From a virus (taxonomy: Duplodnaviria; Caudoviricetes), in IMG/VR virus record IMGVR_UViG_3300049811_000412, positions 1 to 58,225 of that record: DNA of 58,225 nucleotides; one strand, given 5' to 3'. The notes below the pieces were generated by a model, which worked only from the letters and a program-made list of their open reading frames with translations, was not told the DNA's origin and made no database searches. Positions 55,598 through 58,225 of this stretch are shown here, one piece after another; the first letter of the stretch is position 1; the number at the start of each line of letters is the position of its first letter. Made by a program: the position numbers and the translations under genes.

Positions 55598-56425
55598 TTA
55601 AGCAGCTTGCTTTTCGTAGAGTGCGGCGATCTCGTCTTGGAGAAGTTGAGCCAGGGTGAACACCTGGTCACGGGTGGAAAAGTCAGCAGCAGCAGTAGGC
55701 AGGTTGTTGGCGGTGCAAACTTCGCGGATGCGCTCCACCGTTAGCCCCTCGGCCATGGCTTCCTTCACCAGGGTCTTTGCCTCGGCCTCCAGTGGGGTGG
55801 TTGCAGCCTGCTTAGGGGCTGCGGTCACAGCATGAGGGCCATCGTAGGCAATAGGCGTGGTCTGCACCACCTCCACATCCACGTAGTTTCCTTCTTCATC
55901 CACAGTGGCCCCCAGTTCCTCAGGCGTGTACACGGGCGAGTCGAACACATCAGGGCAGTACCACTTGACGCCGTTGCTCATGGCACGGGCAAACAGCATA
56001 TTCCGGGCGAACTTATCCAGGTTTTGGGTTCCTGCTTTCTTGGCATCGGCTAGGGTAAATTCGCTGACTCCAACCTGTTCCAGCTTGCCATCCCAGCGCT
56101 CATAGAAGGCAATCCGACACACCTCAGCGGTGTGCTCTAGCACCCGATAGTTGTAGTTTGGGTGGCGCTTCACCGCAGCCGCCATGAGGTTGGCCCCGAT
56201 GGACGGCTTACCTTTGATGATGTGGATTCCGGTCATGCTGGCAAAGGCACCAAAGCCCATCTCTGTGCCCGCCAGCACCTTCACCCCACACTGGGCAGCG
56301 TCAATGGCATCGTTGAAAAACTTGGACATAGCCAGCATCTTAGAAACCCGGCTTAGGTCATCCATCGTGCGGATCTGGAGACCACCGGATACGGCCCCTT
56401 CATGCAGCGTAATCTCATCAGTCAT
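55598..56425 (-). CDS. RecT-like single-strand annealing protein
   Basis: IHIIKGKP, MLFARA..CPD..YTPEE; adjacent to ssb. Confidence 0.7.
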   Translation of the reverse strand: MTDEITLHEGAVSGGLQIRTMDDLSRVSKMLAMSKFFNDAIDAAQCGVKVLAGTEMGFGAFASMTGIHIIKGKPSIGANLMAAAVKRHPNYNYRVLEHTAEVCRIAFYERWDGKLEQVGVSEFTLADAKKAGTQNLDKFARNMLFARAMSNGVKWYCPDVFDSPVYTPEELGATVDEEGNYVDVEVVQTTPIAYDGPHAVTAAPKQAATTPLEAEAKTLVKEAMAEGLTVERIREVCTANNLPTAAADFSTRDQVFTLAQLLQDEIAALYEKQAA

Positions 56426-56492
56426 CGTGTCACCTGTCTTTGTTGGGTTTGCATTGCCCTCTCTAACGCACGTGGGCGGGCAGCGGGGTGGG

Positions 56493-56771
56493 TCAAGCCA
56501 GCTTTACGCTAAGCACTGGGGTTTCTTCAAAGGTAGCGGCCCCAGTCTTTTCTTCGGCTTTTTTCATGCCTTTCAACATTTCCTCAGCCTCGATCACCGC
56601 ACTGGTATACGTCCACTTTTTGCGCTAACTAATGCTGAACTGAGAGCCGTCAGCAGCGGTGTACTTGGCATCCGGCATCTCTGCCATGACAACGGGCTTG
56701 AGGACTTCGGCCTGGGCCTGTAGGGCTTTAATTTGGCGCTGAAGCTCGGCGTACTGCTCAAAAGTGTTCAT
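56493..56771 (-). pseudogene. 92-codon ORF with one in-frame TAG (56625-56627)
   Basis: MNTFEQYAELQRQIK..SIS*RKKWTYTSAVIEAEE..VKLA in one frame. Confidence 0.55.
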
Positions 56772-56833
56772 AGCGTTATAGGTAGTGGTTTACAGTGCCC
56801 TGGTTAGTTCCCTCCCAGTGCGGTGAACGGTCG

Positions 56834-57319
56834 TTAGGCGTGGGCCAGTAGTGCCGCCTCCATTTCGGCATTGCTCATGTGCTTGGTGCCGTGGGCATTG
56901 CGCCATTGAATCCCCTTGGCGCTGCATTCCTTCCGCAGGCGTTGGGTTTTGGTGATCCGACGTTTGGCGGGGCTTACCTTCACCGTCTGCGTAGCCACCG
57001 GAGCCATGGCAGCGGCCACAGCGGCGAGGGCTTGGGGTTGGTCGAAGGGGTCAGCCTCTACCAGTTGAGGTGCGGGTTGGGCGATGCAGCTTTGCACCTC
57101 GGCCTCGGCCCAGCGCTGGGTGTAGAGGACAGCCAGGGCAATCAGGCACCCCAGCATTTCCCCGATCCACTGATAGCGCTGTTGGGCCTTGGCAGAGAAG
57201 AAGGTAGCGACGTACCAGCGGTACACCTTGGCGGTGTCGTGGCAGGCGCGATCCGAAAATTCGTACCAGGTGCTCCATGCAGTGTTGGCGGTGATAAAAA
57301 GTTGAGCAGCGTAAGTCAT
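56834..57319 (-). CDS. Hypothetical protein
   Basis: GGAGAACACC-ATG leader; C-terminal LRKEC..GI-x-W motif. Confidence 0.65.
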   Translation of the reverse strand: MTYAAQLFITANTAWSTWYEFSDRACHDTAKVYRWYVATFFSAKAQQRYQWIGEMLGCLIALAVLYTQRWAEAEVQSCIAQPAPQLVEADPFDQPQALAAVAAAMAPVATQTVKVSPAKRRITKTQRLRKECSAKGIQWRNAHGTKHMSNAEMEAALLAHA

Positions 57320-57470
57320 GGTGTTCTCCAGAATGTTGTAGGTGGTGCCCCTGTAGCGGTGGGGCGGTTGCCGTGGCTGCTGCTGTTCCAGCCTGTCACC
57401 CTATTTGGTATCCCGCCGGGGGGCGGTGGGCGTTCAGCGCCTTGATGGGCATCAATGATGCCCACGTTGA

Positions 57471-57674
57471 TTACTGGTAAATCGGGTTGTCCATGATCTC
57501 GTCGGCTGCTGCAAACAGTCCGGCAAGGGCATCGCCCGCCTTAGCCAGTGCCGAGGAATGCGCGGTGTATTCCGCCTCAATCTCAGCAAACATTTGGTCA
57601 AGCAGTGCGTTCGCCTTTTCCCGGTCGCCGCTGTCAACGGCAGCCAAGTAAGCATCAGTACGTGCTTTGTCCAT
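57471..57674 (-). CDS. Hypothetical acidic helical protein
   Basis: Same GGAGAACACC-ATG leader. Confidence 0.65.
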   Translation of the reverse strand: MDKARTDAYLAAVDSGDREKANALLDQMFAEIEAEYTAHSSALAKAGDALAGLFAAADEIMDNPIYQ

Positions 57675-57792
57675 GGTGTTCTCCTTGTGGTTTGGTGTCC
57701 ATCAAGAAGCTGAACGTTCGTTCTGCGTTTCTCCCCCCGCCGGAAGCTTTGACTGTGAGAGTGCAACTCACTGGCGTCCTGCGCCTCATGTA

Positions 57793-57825
57793 AATCAATA
57801 TAGCGCCATTGATTGGGTATGTCAA
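57793..57825 (-). promoter_or_regulatory. Consensus sigma70 promoter with overlapping inverted repeat
   Basis: TTGACA-17-TATATT on minus strand; AATCAAT-N8-ATTGATT 57793-57814. Confidence 0.8.
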
Positions 57826-57915
57826 TAGGATTCAGGAAATATTTTTCAAGGGTTGTATCGTTTGTCATATCCAATGCTAAGGCGTAGGATATAGGGGATG
57901 TAATGAGGGGTTTTT

Positions 57916-58098
57916 ATGCCGTGGCCAAAAGGAGTCGGGAAGCCGGATCAGCGACGAGGGCCAACCCGTAGACCGTCGCCCATTAGCAAAGCCTTGTACG
58001 ACCGCTTGGTGGAGCATTGCCGAGAGCGCGGCCTAACCATGCGAGAGGTCTTGGAAGACGCAATAAAAAAAGAGCTGGAATACTGGCCACAAGTTGAA
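57916..58098 (+). CDS. Ribbon-helix-helix regulator, 3' end cut by IS
   Basis: ISKALYDRLVEHCRERGLTMREVLEDAI; native sequence ends at IS junction. Confidence 0.65.
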
Positions 58099-58225
58099 TT
58101 GACTACTCCCCGCGCTAAAGCGACGGGGATTCCCCGGAGGGATTACAGCACTTCTGAGTTAGGATCGTTTCACCAGGAAGATCCCAAATTCTCAGACGCC
58201 TAGGCGAAGTCAAAACGCCTCTTGC
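58099..58225 (-). mobile_element. Right end of a second copy of IS#1 (runs off window)
   Basis: 127 nt identical to 630-756. Confidence 0.95.

Overview
The window is mostly a near-complete temperate siphovirus-like phage of about 53 kb plus IS elements, probably from a cyanobacterium (GC ~57%, cyanobacterial-style IS200/IS605 elements and tRNA-Pro). It runs from a host FAD-oxidoreductase gene broken at nt 630 to a second, directly repeated copy of the same IS605 end at 58099. The phage still carries what looks like an intact attP in mid-window: the 3' half of tRNA-Pro(GGG) with arm-type repeats on both sides, near a tyrosine integrase. It therefore appears joined to the chromosome through the IS repeat (cointegrate or assembly join) rather than by its own integrase. 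Left to right: three nested IS200/IS605 elements; a leftward operon of HTH, membrane proteins and an FtsK/HerA-type ATPase with TM-motor-winged-helix layout plus an intergenic ATCT/AGAT array (Streptomyces TraB/clt-like hypothesis); attP; an initiator-like tRNA-Met; an origin-like repeat region; integrase; dcd; tail genes with a 3107-aa tape measure; head and packaging genes; a frameshifted ParB-methyltransferase; Mor activator; Prim-Pol; a fourth tnpB element; a DndC/PAPS-reductase-like gene plus methyltransferase; XRE switch; RuvC, SSB and RecT-like genes. No endolysin was recognised. Top leads are the TraB-like module, a 58-aa membrane peptide resembling the tape measure's own transmembrane segment, and several non-coding motif systems. 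All calls are by-eye motif and synteny reading with no database searches.
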